Program-made: the position numbers and the translations under genes | Notes under the pieces: model-generated | The model's database searches: none | Seen by the model: only the letters and a program-made list of their open reading frames with translations | What the model was told of the DNA's origin: nothing | NCBI RefSeq assembly: GCF_009914755.1 | Contig: NC_060937.1 | Reading direction: 5' to 3' (one strand) | DNA length: 64,000 nucleotides | Origin: the human T2T-CHM13v2.0 reference genome, Homo sapiens | Shown here: positions 43,310 through 55,166 of the stretch, piece after piece | Layout of the letters: the number at the start of each line of letters is the position of its first letter | How positions within the stretch are numbered: position 1 is the stretch's first letter

Positions 43310-43765
43310 CTGGTTGGCTTGGCCGAAGCTTCCGTCACTCGCCAGCTCACCTACGATTGGTTGGCAGAGCGTGCGCGAAGAGCCCCGCCTGGCAAGGCAC
43401 TGGGAAGTGGGCTTGCGGATCCTACGACTAGCGTTTTTCTCGATTGGTTGAAGGAGTAAAGGCACGTGGTATGGGGGCGCTCTCTTATTGGTCGTGAATG
43501 GTACCTTGTGGTACAGAGACGTGATGTGGTTGGCTAGAATGAATCCCAGCTTCCCACTAGATGCCCCTAGCTGGCTGTTGCTATGAGGAGTCCAGGGCCT
43601 TCCGGCTGCCGTTCGGGATTCCGCTCTCCAGGTTTTCAACTCACCCGTGGCTGACAGGGCGTGGGAAGAGCTCGACTTCAGTTCGGCACCGAAAGGGGCG
43701 GGTCTAGAAGAAATGTGGGCGGGTCCAGAGGGTTGGTGGGCGGGACCCCGGCGACGTCAGCGGGC
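43310..43765. promoter_or_regulatory. Distal promoter-like module: inverted CCAAT boxes, E-box, GC boxes, CRE-like site
   Basis: ATTGG at 43356, 43443, 43487; CACGTG at 43463; GGGCGG at 43696, 43717, 43738; cGACGTCA at ~43752. Confidence 0.65.
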
Positions 43766-44149
43766 TTGGACCCGACTTCCGTGGTGTGTGGCCGCCTCTG
43801 ACTCGCCCCTCTGGCGCGCTGCTAGAGGGGGGCGTCACCCTCCCATCAATGTCCTAACGCTCCAAAGCTTCATTTTGTTGCGTTTACACAACTTCAGTCA
43901 GAAGCCTGTAGGTGCCCCCCCCTTAAAGCTTCACATGCTAATACAAGATAAAACCAAAGCTCTAGGAGTGCTGACAGACTGGGTGGCATCGGACAAAGGC
44001 CCTCGCGGCCCCTCTTGGGCCTTGGGCATCTCTCCTTCACTCCCCGCCTCAGGATAAAGCTTGGAGGTAGCTCTAGCCCCTCTACCATCTCATCCCTTCC
44101 GAATTCTTAATGTCTCGGGAGTCTCAGGTTGACGCTGCTCCTGGCTTGG

Positions 44150-44480
44150 GCGGGAACTGCGCATGCTCGGTACACAGGCCCTGGGGTCTGACTGGGCGCG
44201 CTGGGTTCGGCGCTGCTCGGCGGTCGCGGTGCTTGTTTATCTCCGCGCGGGCAGAAGCTTCCGAGCCCCGCAAAGCCTCTCGGGAGCGCTCGCGGCCCGT
44301 CGCCTAGGGGGCGGGGGCGGGGCTGCGCCGCGGGCTCCGCCCCGGCCGCCGGACCCCGCCCCTGGCCGCGCTGCGGCTGGGGCTCGGGCGCGCGCTCGAG
44401 CGCTGGGGGTAGCGGCGGCGGCGGCGGCGGCGGCGGGCGGGGATCTGGGCGTGGAGGCGCGAGGGGCGGGGCGGGCGGCA
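44150..44480 (+). promoter_or_regulatory. Proximal TATA-less RAP2A promoter (TSS not resolvable from sequence)
   Basis: NRF1-like tgcgcatgctc at ~44158; multiple GGGGCGGGG Sp/KLF boxes at 44307-44475. Confidence 0.65.
44412..44435 (+). repeat. (GCG)8 trinucleotide repeat
   Basis: Counted directly. Confidence 0.92.
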
Positions 44481-44748
44481 CTGCGGGCCCGCGGCTCGGG
44501 CGGCACCAGCGGCTCCCGGTCTCTCTCTCTGCTCGCCCTCAGTCCCACCCGGTGCCTACGGGGCCGCATCGCCGCCCGGCTCGGCCCGGCCCATGCCCAG
44601 GGCCGCTGCTCCCTCAGTTGCCGCCGCCGCCGCCGGCGCCCAGGGGGCCGCCGCGGCTGTGAGGTGGGGGCGGCAGCGGGAGGCGGCGGGGCGGGCCGCC
44701 GGGGCCGGGGCTGGGGGCGCAGCGCGGCCGGCGTAGGTCTATGTCGCG

Positions 44749-44769
44749 GGCGGCGGCGGCGGCGGCGGC
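44749..44769 (+). repeat. (GGC)7 repeat 12 nt upstream of the RAP2A ATG
   Basis: Counted directly; complementary (GCC)5 at 44620-44634. Confidence 0.92.
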
Positions 44770-44781
44770 CGCGGAGGGACG

Positions 44782-45095
44782 ATGCGCGAGTACAAAGTGG
44801 TGGTGCTGGGCTCGGGCGGGGTAGGCAAATCCGCCCTGACCGTGCAGTTCGTGACCGGCACCTTCATCGAGAAATACGACCCCACCATCGAGGACTTCTA
44901 CCGCAAGGAGATCGAGGTGGATTCGTCGCCGTCGGTGCTGGAGATCCTGGACACGGCGGGCACCGAGCAGTTCGCGTCCATGCGGGACCTGTACATCAAG
45001 AACGGCCAGGGCTTCATCCTCGTCTACAGCCTCGTCAACCAGCAGAGCTTCCAGGACATCAAGCCCATGCGGGACCAGATCATCCGCGTGAAGCG
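44782..45095 (+). CDS. RAP2A: Ras-related protein Rap-2a, coding exon 1 (codons 1-105; exon 2 outside the window)
   Basis: [17 protein letters not shown] (P-loop), YDPTIEDFY effector loop, DTAGTEQF (Rap-specific T61). Donor CG|gtgagc at 45095/45096. TGTF and the intron argue against intronless RAP2B, and the MBNL2 neighbour favours RAP2A over RAP2C. Confidence 0.96.
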
Positions 45096-47358
45096 GTGAG
45101 CGAGGGCACACGGGGGCTTGGCGGCTGCACCCCGGAGTCACCGTCCCGGGGCCGGAACTCCCCGCGCGGGGCTCCGGGGAAGGGGCTTTCTGGGGGGTGG
45201 CTCCAAGCTGGAGGCTTTACTATTGTCATTCTGCTCCTCCTCCTCAATCTCAAATTTGAGTGCTTTGTTTCACAACTAAAATTTGGCATCGTGTTAGCCC
45301 ACAGAACAGCTCTTTGTCTCTTGGACGTTGTTAGCATTGCTTGTTACAGAGCCCCCAAGGAAACAAAGTTTAAAACTTGCAGGGGGGAAAGGGGTGGATA
45401 GATTTGTCTTGGGAAGAGAGGAACTGTGCAGGTATAGTCGAGACATTTGCAGACTGAACAACAACAATCTGCCTTGGCAATGTTTGACAGTAAAAATCGC
45501 TCACACACCTATACAGTAAAGTCAAGTCCAGAGGAAGGAGACCTTTCTCATCTCGTTAAAGGTTTATGGTTCCAAGGCGTTTTACAAAAATTAAGTCTCT
45601 AATTTAGTGCAAAACTTTAAAGACAGATTATTAAATTATTTGAAGACATCATAAGCTAAATGGGGTTTCGAGAATATTAACAGAGGAGTACAAATAAGCC
45701 ATTCACAGGAAAAGAATGCAGCTTAACTGTTTGTTTTTGTTTTTTTGTTTTTAATATAGCCGCCTTAACCCCTTCCAAAAAAAAAAAAAAAAAAAAAACA
45801 CCACCACACCACCACCACCAGTTCCTGGAAACAAAACAGAAGCTTCTTCAAAAGTGTGACACAAGTATTAGCTAATTTAAAGTTAATGTTAATAAGCCTT
45901 TATATATATATATAAATTCTTTTCTAAAGTATACATTTTGGAAATATGGCTGATAAATGATTTAAAATGTTTGTTTTCTCTTAAATTCACTGAATATATT
46001 TTTCCGTGTAATTTTAAGCATTAGAAATGTGATAATATCTTAGTTCAAAGTTTTGGCAAATTTTTCTAATTATCATTTAATTACACATTACTGTTTCATC
46101 TAGTTCTTGTTAGTTAATGCCTGCTGATAATTTTGGTGTCCTTTTTTTCCTGCCTTATTCTACCTAGAGCCTAAATCTGAAGACCTTTACTGAAAGATGG
46201 TTGTAAGTGCACCGTAGACACAGTCACATTGTAAGTCAGTTTGAGTCCACTCATTTTGAAAGAGCAAGGACCAAGTTATGTGTACCCAGGGGATGATCAA
46301 AAATTCATTACGAGTAGTGAGTTTTTAATGCAACCTATGAGATCAAAGAGAAGGCTCTCTCTCTATTGCTCCACCCCCCCTTAACTGAGTATGCACTTTA
46401 ATCGCTGAACTAAAATCGTGCATGTTATTCATCCTTGTGTTAAATTCCAAACTAGAATAAAGCAGATATTTTCGTGGTCTCTGCTGCTAAGATTTGTAAA
46501 TTTGATAGCTTTGTACTTCTCCAGTATCATTTTCCTAAAGTTAAATGTTTATAGTTAAGAGATGAACAATTCTGGTGTTAAACTTAGTATGAGGATGGCA
46601 TTTAAGGGGCTACATTTAAGTTACTTAAATTCTTATTACCCCCTCCCCCAACCACTCAATTAAAAAGAAACAAACCAAACCAACTGCAGGGTAGTCTGAT
46701 ACATTGCCACATGTCAATGTTAGGCCAAATGCATACATCAAAAAATAATCTAAGTAAATGCCCCAACAGCCTCACCCTTCACATTTAGATATATATGCTT
46801 AAAGATATGAAGATGCACATATACACTGATAAAGCCACATACCCATGGCTAACTTCTTGACACAAGCCTAGGGAACAAATATGGCAAAATATTATTGGAT
46901 AATATGGTCCACATAATTTTGTAGTTTCTTGTAATTTAGTGCAGATTACTTTTCTCAGTTATAATAATAGGTTAGTCTAAACTCAGCATATTGGAGCAAT
47001 TTGTTTATTTTCACTATGACCCAGAGGAAAAACATAGAGTAAAATTCTGCATGCCCAGTATCATTTTACTCACTAGTCTCAGTTCTTGATATAAAAAGAT
47101 CATTGATCAGCTGAAGTAGAGTTCATAAATTCTCTTCACCAGAATTCAACCGTTGTATACATAAGAACCTCTTGGACCCTCACTTGTGTGTCTTTGTAAT
47201 ATGGTAGTAGTAAGGTATTTTACACCTCATCCTAACCCCAGCGTCTGGCTTCCCATCATTGATGGAGAGGACATGTGAATGCAGGTGGCCTCTTCTTTAC
47301 CAGTCTTTCAGTATTTGATATCTACTGTCAAATTCAGTATTCAGCTTTAGGTCTAGGT

Positions 47359-47667
47359 CAGCACTTTTCAATAGAGATATAACGTGAGCCACATATGTAA
47401 TTTTAACATTCCTAGTAGCTGATTTTTTAAAAATAACATAAATATATGGAATTAATTTTAATGTATTTTATTTAACCCACCATATTTAAAATAGAATCAT
47501 TTTGACATGTCAGTATTCAAAAATTATTAATAAGGTACTTTACTTCTTTATACTGTGTCTTCAAAGTTTGGTATGTGTTTGACCTACCACATCTCAATTC
47601 AAACAAGTCACATTTCAAGTGCTCAGTAGCCGTATGTGGCCACAGGCTGCCATATTGGACAACAGAG
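47359..47667. mobile_element. MER33-like hAT-Charlie MITE
   Basis: cagcacttttcaatagagatataacgtgagccac...ccatattggacaacagag; flanks gtctaggt / gtctaagg resemble an 8-bp hAT TSD. Confidence 0.75.
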
Positions 47668-47677
47668 GTCTAAGGTG

Positions 47678-47855
47678 TATATGATTTGGGGAAATGCTTG
47701 CTTATTTCTCTAAGCTTCAGTTTCCTTATCTGTGAAATAGAGATTAGCATGCACCTTCCAGAGTCCTTGTTAGAATTAAATGAGATAATGTATTTTAACA
47801 TTCCCAAAACAATACCAGTACACAGAAATTGCTCAAAAAATTCTAGCTGTCATTC
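47678..47855. mobile_element. MIR
   Basis: ctctaagcttcagtttccttatctgtgaaatagaga...gaattaaatgagataatg. Confidence 0.7.
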
Positions 47856-48778
47856 TTACTTTAATAACTTTGTCATTTATCTTCCTTAAATGTTACCCTT
47901 GATATAAATGTAATTTTAGAAGAAATAAATTTGTAATTGCATTTTGGAATTCATTACTTAGTATATTCAAGATGAGACTAAAAAGCAATGAGGTTAAAAT
48001 AATCCTTGGAAGAATTGTGTTGGTATTCTCTTGAAATTATTTCCCCTTATGAAGGATCTGATGGAAAAGGGCATGAGAATGAACATTTAACTTCAAGTAC
48101 AGTATAGCAATAATGCATAGCACTAATGCATAGCCAAACAACGAATGGAGCTTTTCATTTTTCATTTTCATTTCAAATAATAGCAGTCATTTTCAAGGAT
48201 TGCTATTACTTGAAATGTTTCACTTTTAAGAAATGTGAAACTGACCCATACTCCCTTAAGTGTCTGTAAGTGTACATACCTCCGTATACATACATGACCT
48301 CTTGTCAAAGCCAAGTGGACCAACTGAAAATGGCTATATTTGTAAATTCATATGCTTTCTTTTCTTAACTTGATTTTGGGTGAGATGACACACACAAAGA
48401 AGAGTAACAGGGATATAGGAAATGTTTTTCAGTTGAAATAAAACTAGAATTTTTTTCTGATTTTGTAATTGCTTTTTTCATTGTTACCCATGCCAGGATC
48501 AGCCATGGTCCTGACATGAAGTTCTTGGAACATGATATACAAGGCCTCTTTGCTGTTAGGAAAAAGTCCAGAAATCTTCAACATGACCTTTCACAGTCCA
48601 GCTTGCTCTTATCCCTCCCTGCCTGTGCAGCCTCACCTCTTGCACCCATCCTTTTATTCTAGCACCCAGACCTTAAGTCCTTGAAAGTACCTTTCTCTGG
48701 GCTCTCCTTTGGCCTGTGGAAATCTACCTTTTTGCAGAGTTAATTCCTACTCCGTCTTTCACCCTCACCCCTGCTTAA

Positions 48779-48907
48779 CCCATTTATACCGGAGGTTGCA
48801 AATGTTTTTTGTGAAATATCAGACCTTAGCAATGACCTTGAACAGTAGGATATAAATAACTCCCACAAGCTTAGTGTTCCAATAATGGAACACTAGGCAT
48901 AGATGAG
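48779..48907 (-). mobile_element. MER85 piggyBac MITE (PGBD3 family)
   Basis: TTAA TSD at 48775-48778 and 48908-48911; termini cccatttatacc / ggcatagatgag; internal palindrome gttccaataatggaac. Confidence 0.9.
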
Positions 48908-50949
48908 TTAAAAGATTTTTCCCCACTGAGGGAAGATGTCCTCTCAAACCAAAGTAACCCCTTTCCTGTCTTCCCTTACTAAACTTTATGCCTCACCTCT
49001 TTGCTCAATCACACATACCCTGTCCTTTCCCTTTTCTTTGAAGCACTCATCCAAATTTAATTATCTGTGTGATAATTTATGGGTAGCCAGCCTTTCTCAC
49101 AAAACTCCAAGCCCACGTAGGTGACACAGCTCCTACTAGCACATAGGAAACAAGAAAAAATGTTGAAAAAATGAATGTTCAGAAAGAAAAGTATTTGTAT
49201 TGTTGTTTGGCCTCAGTTTCCCTAAACATTTTGATTTCATAGATGGAGGAGATGATCTTTTAAAGTTCATTTTGCAGATGGAGATGATCTTCCTTCAGCT
49301 CGAACTTTCTGTGAGAACACTTCCAGTTGGGGCAGTGTTTAATACGAACCTCAAAGAATCAGAAACATGATGTATTCCAGATGGAGGAAATGGCACAGGA
49401 AATGCATAGAATATGTTTTTTGGATGTTAAATAGAGCAGACTGGCCAAATGGGGAATGTATATAGAAGTGTGAGGGGAGGTAAGGTGAAAATTTTTAAAG
49501 CTAAATTACTGAAGGTTAAAGACTTAGGAGTTGATCATGTAGTCAAGGACCATAATCACAATTGTCATAGGTATAGCAATATGTAGTGATATGGTAGATG
49601 TCTTAGTGGTAATAGACTACTCTGTTTCATAACAGGAAGAATAGTCATAAATGTTGTGATAATCCAGTTTTTACGTGAAGTGTGAAAATCCTGAATTAGC
49701 ATGGTGTCTGTAGTAACAGGAGAGAAAGGATGCAAGGAATGTTGTAAAGAATGAAGTAATCAAACTCAGTGGTAGAGGAAGAGGAAAAGGTCAGAAGTAA
49801 CCTTGACATTTTGAAATGAACAAATAGGATTATGGAGGAATAGCTGGGGGAGATTATTTTCAGTTTTGGAGATGGTAATTATCCAGATAGCCAGCCTAAT
49901 AAGTAATTAGAACATTTGAATAAAGCCTGAAAGGTCAGGTTATGTATGAATATGAAGACTCAGGATCATCTGCGTAGTTCAGATTGGGAGAGTAGATGAA
50001 ACCTACTGGGTAGAGTATAGAGACAGAAATGAATGGATATGGCTAACAATAGAAATGAGGAATGAATGAATATAGCCAAGGATAGAACTCGAGAGTTGTA
50101 AGATACACAGTGGAGACTTCCTATATTGCAGTAGGCGAGAAGGCGTGGGGTGTTTTAAGATTGGGAAAAAGATAGTTGACTAGCACTACCCAAGGTGAGT
50201 AAGTTGTTTTTTTTTAAGATTATTATTAATTTTCTATATCACTTAAGTGGTCACTTTCAAGTGAGCTGGCTGATTGTTTACACTTTCCCCCTTACCATAA
50301 GTAGCTATTAAAGCCTACTCTAAAACAGAAGCATATTACCAATTGTTACACATAGATCTTTGGCCCATGACAGTTTGGTGCTGGAGAGCCGAAACGAGAG
50401 TATACATCAAAAGATGTCTGTCCCAAGTAAGTGAAACTTCTGGAGCTCTGCTACCGTTTTTCCCTCTAAAAATACCTGCTTCCCCAGTACCAAAACTTAA
50501 TTCAAAGCTGGACCTCCCAGGTACAGAGCCTAATAGCTGTGGGTCACTTTTTTTTTGTTTTGTTTTGGTACTGGTGAATTAGTAGGAAAAATTTTTAATA
50601 ATAAATATATATAACATGAAGAATTGATGACTAAATCCTGAAAGTCAGACATAAATCCAAACAAAGAATTTGGGTATGAAGATAAGGACTGATGGTGAAA
50701 CCTCTATCCACTTAAATACAAAACTAAGATAAAAGAATTGTGAGAATTATGGCTGCCAAACAGAATATTAAAGTTAAAAAGACTGACAATATGAAACAAA
50801 CAATATAACTAGTAAGTCAGGATGAGAGGAGGGAAATAGTTATGAGTGCTCACTTCATCTTTCATGAGAGGGATTTAAATGGTCAAAAAATTGAAATTTG
50901 TTTTGAAAATGACTCGAAGAGCTCAGTGTTTTTCATGATCTTTTTTTCT

Positions 50950-51270
50950 TTAAAAACCACTTTATTGAGGTATGATTGATGTACAAAAAGCCAGACATAT
51001 TTAATGTGTACAACTCAGTGAGTTTAGAGATAAGCATACACTTGTGAAATCACCACAATCAATGCTGTAAAACTATCCATCACCTCCAAAAGTTTCCCCC
51101 TGCTTTATTTATCTATCCATTCATTCATTCATTCATTCATTTTTTTTGTAGTAAGAACACAACATAAGTTCTGTCTTCTTAGCAAATGTTTATACAATAC
51201 AGTATTGTTAACTAGAAGTACTATTACCATACAGATGTCTGGGACTTACTTATCTTGCATAACTGAACTT
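50950..51270 (-). mobile_element. L1MA/MB-like 3' end with (TTCA)n
   Basis: tttattgaggtatgattga...tacaatacagtattgttaacta...cttatcttgcataactgaac. Confidence 0.75.
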
Positions 51271-53712
51271 CATACAGTGAATCACTTTATGTGGCCCAGA
51301 AGTTTTTCCTGAAAAGGAAACTTTTGTTTTGGCTGCATTGTAAAATTACAGGTTACAGTATATAGTTTTCTTTTTGCCACTCCAGGATTGTAATTTTTAA
51401 AGCTCAATTTGGAGTTGGAGGAGATGATGTCTCTTCCTCTCTAACATTCTGTGAGAGCACTTTTGTCTGGCCGGGGTGATGAGGGAAGGGGTCAAGTTTA
51501 ATATGAACCTTAAAGAATCAGCAGCCTGTGACCCACAATTTTGTCTAGTTAAGATTTGATAATTGTATCAATAAAATCTACAATAAGGAATAATTATACT
51601 AATACTTATTTTTTAATGGAGGGCAAAAATAATTTAAATTATTAAACATTAAGGAAGAGGTAGAGGAACTAAGAAAAATCACTGGATTTCACAGCCAACA
51701 GGAAGAGCCAACAAAGTTGGAATCTATTTGCTAAAGTTTCAGTAGCAATATACTTGAGTGATTTAATTTCTGTGTGTGAAGTTCTGGGAAATTACATATG
51801 GCACAATAAGGTGCATATATTATGCATGTATATGTACATATTTTTAAGCAAGGATCTTTACATAAAACCAAGTACACTGTACTTAAGGGAATTTTTTTTC
51901 AGGGGTATTTTTTTCTTTTCAGTTCTCTTTTAGTCATTGTCTTTAGAACCTTACTGCCTAGGGGAGCATGTATGCCTTACTCTGGGGTTTTCTTTGCTTC
52001 TGTTTTGATTTTTCCCTGTTTTCTGTTTCTCTCCATCTATTCTTACCTACTGTTTTTTTACACACTTATATTTTTCAGGCCTATGTTGTAAAAAGAGTTT
52101 TAAGTACTCTAAGTTTTTTTGGAGTAATAAGAGTTTGAATACGAGCAGACTTTCAAACAAGGTAAAACTGATGGTGACTGAATAGTTACTAAAGGAAATG
52201 TATAGATATTGTGTTTATGTAGGAAATTTATCTTGAAATTTTAATGGTGTGCAGAAATATGCCATATATTATATATTGCCATTTCATTTGTTACTTTGAC
52301 ACTTGTGGTTCATATCATTAAAAATTATTCTCAGCCTGACAGAGAGAAGTTTAATTTCTTAAACATCCTTTCTGCTTTACCAGATCAAACTCAGCCTTTT
52401 AGTAGAGTAATATCAATAATAGTAATGCTGTAATTGTGGACATCTGCATTTCAGTCAAGTATGTTAAATAAAGCATAAATATATTAGTAAAATTTAAAGT
52501 AATCAAAATAACTAAAAACAATATTTGAAGATTCTAATACATAATCTAGCTAAGATTTTGTCATGGTATGTATTAAATTCTTTCTCTGGCATAATTGTAT
52601 AGATGGGGATTTGTTTTTGTTTTTTATTTCTCTAATACATTTAAGATTTTAAAACATACCAAAATTTATATTTAGGGAGAAATAAGGTGACTTATAATTT
52701 TTATTTTTAAATTGTTATCTGTCAAAAAGCCAAATATTGGAAAAAATTAATAACTATCTCTATTTTTATAGATCCACTCAGCAGGGGATTTCACATTTTC
52801 TTAACCAGGGCCCTCAGTAAGAAGTACATTTTATATTGTGACTTAGTGCACACATAGGAATAAATACATCTAGCCGAAATCAACATTTCATAAGACAGTA
52901 AACTTGCTATGTTGCTTGTATTACTTTTTCTATTTATTTTTTTCTATTTTATTTCGTTGTTTTTAAGTGCTTTTCATGACCCACCAAATTGATTTTATCA
53001 CACATAGCTTGGAAACTGCTATCCTAGGACATTTTTACTCTAAGAAAACTAAATGTAACTATCTGTTTAATATTTCATCTTCTCTCTCCTGCTTTTCTGG
53101 TTCCCAGCAATGCTGTGTAAGATTACGAAAATGAAGTACTTCCCAATGTGAGTTAGTAAATACTACCTGTAATTCAGAGAAAGATAGCATTTAGTCACTG
53201 AACAAAAAGATATAGCATATCTTTTGAGAAAGCATTTATCTCTGTTGTGCATATTAGAAATATGAGAATGTATTTCTCATGTAATGTTGTTCATTCTAGT
53301 AATTCAAGATAACTTTTGCCTTGTGAAAACTTAGAACAGAGAAAGGGAGGTTGTGGTAGTATTCAGACTTGAATACATGAGTGCGGGATTATCTATTTCA
53401 AGAACAGTTGCTGAGGAGGTTCAGAAAACTCAAAATAGAGGTCTGCTGCATCTATCCAGGATAACACTGATTCACCTCTCCCTGTAAGACAGTAAAACTA
53501 TAAATATCTTAAAATCACTTAGTAAAGTTACCCAAGAGAAACATTGAAAAACCTTTATTTAAAACATTTAGGAGTGTTCTCATGCTTTCCTGACCCTTAG
53601 AAATTAATAATTCAAATGTGGAAATACTATATTAATAATTCAATGCATATTAGTATTTTCTCTACTAAGTATCTTTACAGCTCTCTCTCTGTAAATGAAA
53701 TCTTAGAGTATT

Positions 53713-54002
53713 TTAAGAGACAGGGTCTTGTTCTGTTGCCCAGGCTGGAGTGCAGCGGCGCCATCAGAGCTTACTGCAGCCTCTAACTCCTGGGCTCAAG
53801 CAACCCTTCTGCCTCAGCCATCTGAATAGCTAGGACTACAGAGCAGGCACCACCGCATCCAAGTAATTCTTTAAAAATTTTTTCTAGAGATGGGATCTTG
53901 TTATTTTGCCCAGGCTGGTCTCAAACTCCTGGCCTCAAGTGTTCCGACTACCTCAACTGCCCAAAGCACTGGGATTACAGGCCTGAGCCACTGCCCCTGG
54001 TC
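53713..54002 (-). mobile_element. AluJ-type element
   Basis: gagacagggtcttg...ctgcagcctctaactcctgggctcaagc (J diagnostics); diverged, tail eroded. Confidence 0.88.
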
Positions 54003-55166
54003 CTAAATTAATTCATCTTTAGGTTTCCAATGAACATTATGAATACTGTATGTATTATAATTCTCGAATGGAGTATTTTATTGTATATACTTATCTTCTC
54101 ATCCATGAAGACAGCGAATGTTAATCTCATTAAAGCTGAGATCCAGCACTTATTAGTTATGTAATTAGGAGCAAGTTGACATTCCTTGCATTTTAATTTC
54201 CTCATTTGTAATATGAGTATGATGTAGTAACTCGTGAGATAACGAACGTAAAGTGTTTCTTTACATAGTGAACCTAAAATATTAATAATAAAGTTTCACC
54301 AAGAATCACAGAAATAGGAATGAAACCCAGCCTTTTATCTGTATACTGCCACGTGACTTCTTAGGAATTAGGCTCAATTGTCTTACTATATTGAGATGAA
54401 TTATATACCTAGTATAGTATAACATTTCTGTTTTTCCCATTGCTTTCTCCTCTGTGTTTTAAGTGCTCTAACACTACGTTATAGAACTTATAGCATAGAC
54501 CTTGAGTGCTTTGTGTTTTTGCCTTCCCCTAGAGACCTAAATATATTGGCTATAAATGGTGGCGGTAAATTTTTTGACTCATGAGGAATTGTGATGATTT
54601 TTAGTACACATATTTTAAATATTAATATGTGACATAAAAAGCAATCAGCATATTAGTATTTAACACTTCTCTTTTTAAAAAAGTTAATAATGACAGTAGA
54701 CCTCTTTATGAATACCAAATATGCATGGGGTGAAGATAATTTTAACAGTCTTTATGGCTAGTTATATATAGTAACATGCTGGCATAGCTTTTTAATAATC
54801 AAATTGAGAAAAGTTTTGTCTTTGTATAAAAGTCATCACTATCAACTAATATCATTTAAGCCACCTCATTTGCATAGCATTGCCTTGGGCATTATACAGA
54901 ATAAGAACAAGATACTATCTTTGTCCTTCTGGTGTGCCAAAATGTCCTATAAATGGGTATATATTTTGCAGTATTGAGTTATACAGAAATATATTTTTAA
55001 AGACACTTTCATTTCTAAGTTTCAAAATATTTTTGCACCAAAAACATTGCTCTTATTAGGCCACCTTTTCTAAGGAATTTTTTATTCATTTTATGGAAAT
55101 TCAGAATTTTGTCTACAAGACTAATGACAACAATTGTATATTTATATATAATCGCCTTTTTGTATA

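Larger units (their letters stand above)
43100..45200. promoter_or_regulatory. CpG island of RAP2A
   Basis: Abrupt rise in GC and CpG content against an AT-rich, CpG-depleted background; spans exon 1. Confidence 0.93.

Noticed and set aside
43313-43574. CRISPR-like reading of the 43-bp periodicity
   Set aside because: The recurring unit is only ~5-10 nt, there are no cas genes, and the context is a mammalian promoter
44782-45099. 105-aa ORF read as a truncated or pseudogenised Rap2
   Set aside because: The TGA lies in the GT donor (CG|gtgagc); this is a normal exon 1 in a CpG island
44614-45141. 175-aa antisense ORF and other ORFs at 43.0-44.6 kb
   Set aside because: Shadow ORFs caused by GC3-rich RAP2A codons and island composition
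44163-45401. 412-aa + strand ORF spanning the CpG island
   Set aside because: Arg/Gly/Ala-rich, stop-poor frame expected in very GC-rich DNA. It is out of frame with RAP2A, runs through the splice donor into the intron, starts in promoter sequence, and has no recognisable domain.
53205-53225. 9-bp inverted repeat aaaagatat/atatctttt
   Set aside because: AT-rich arms are readily expected by chance, and no accompanying duplication was seen
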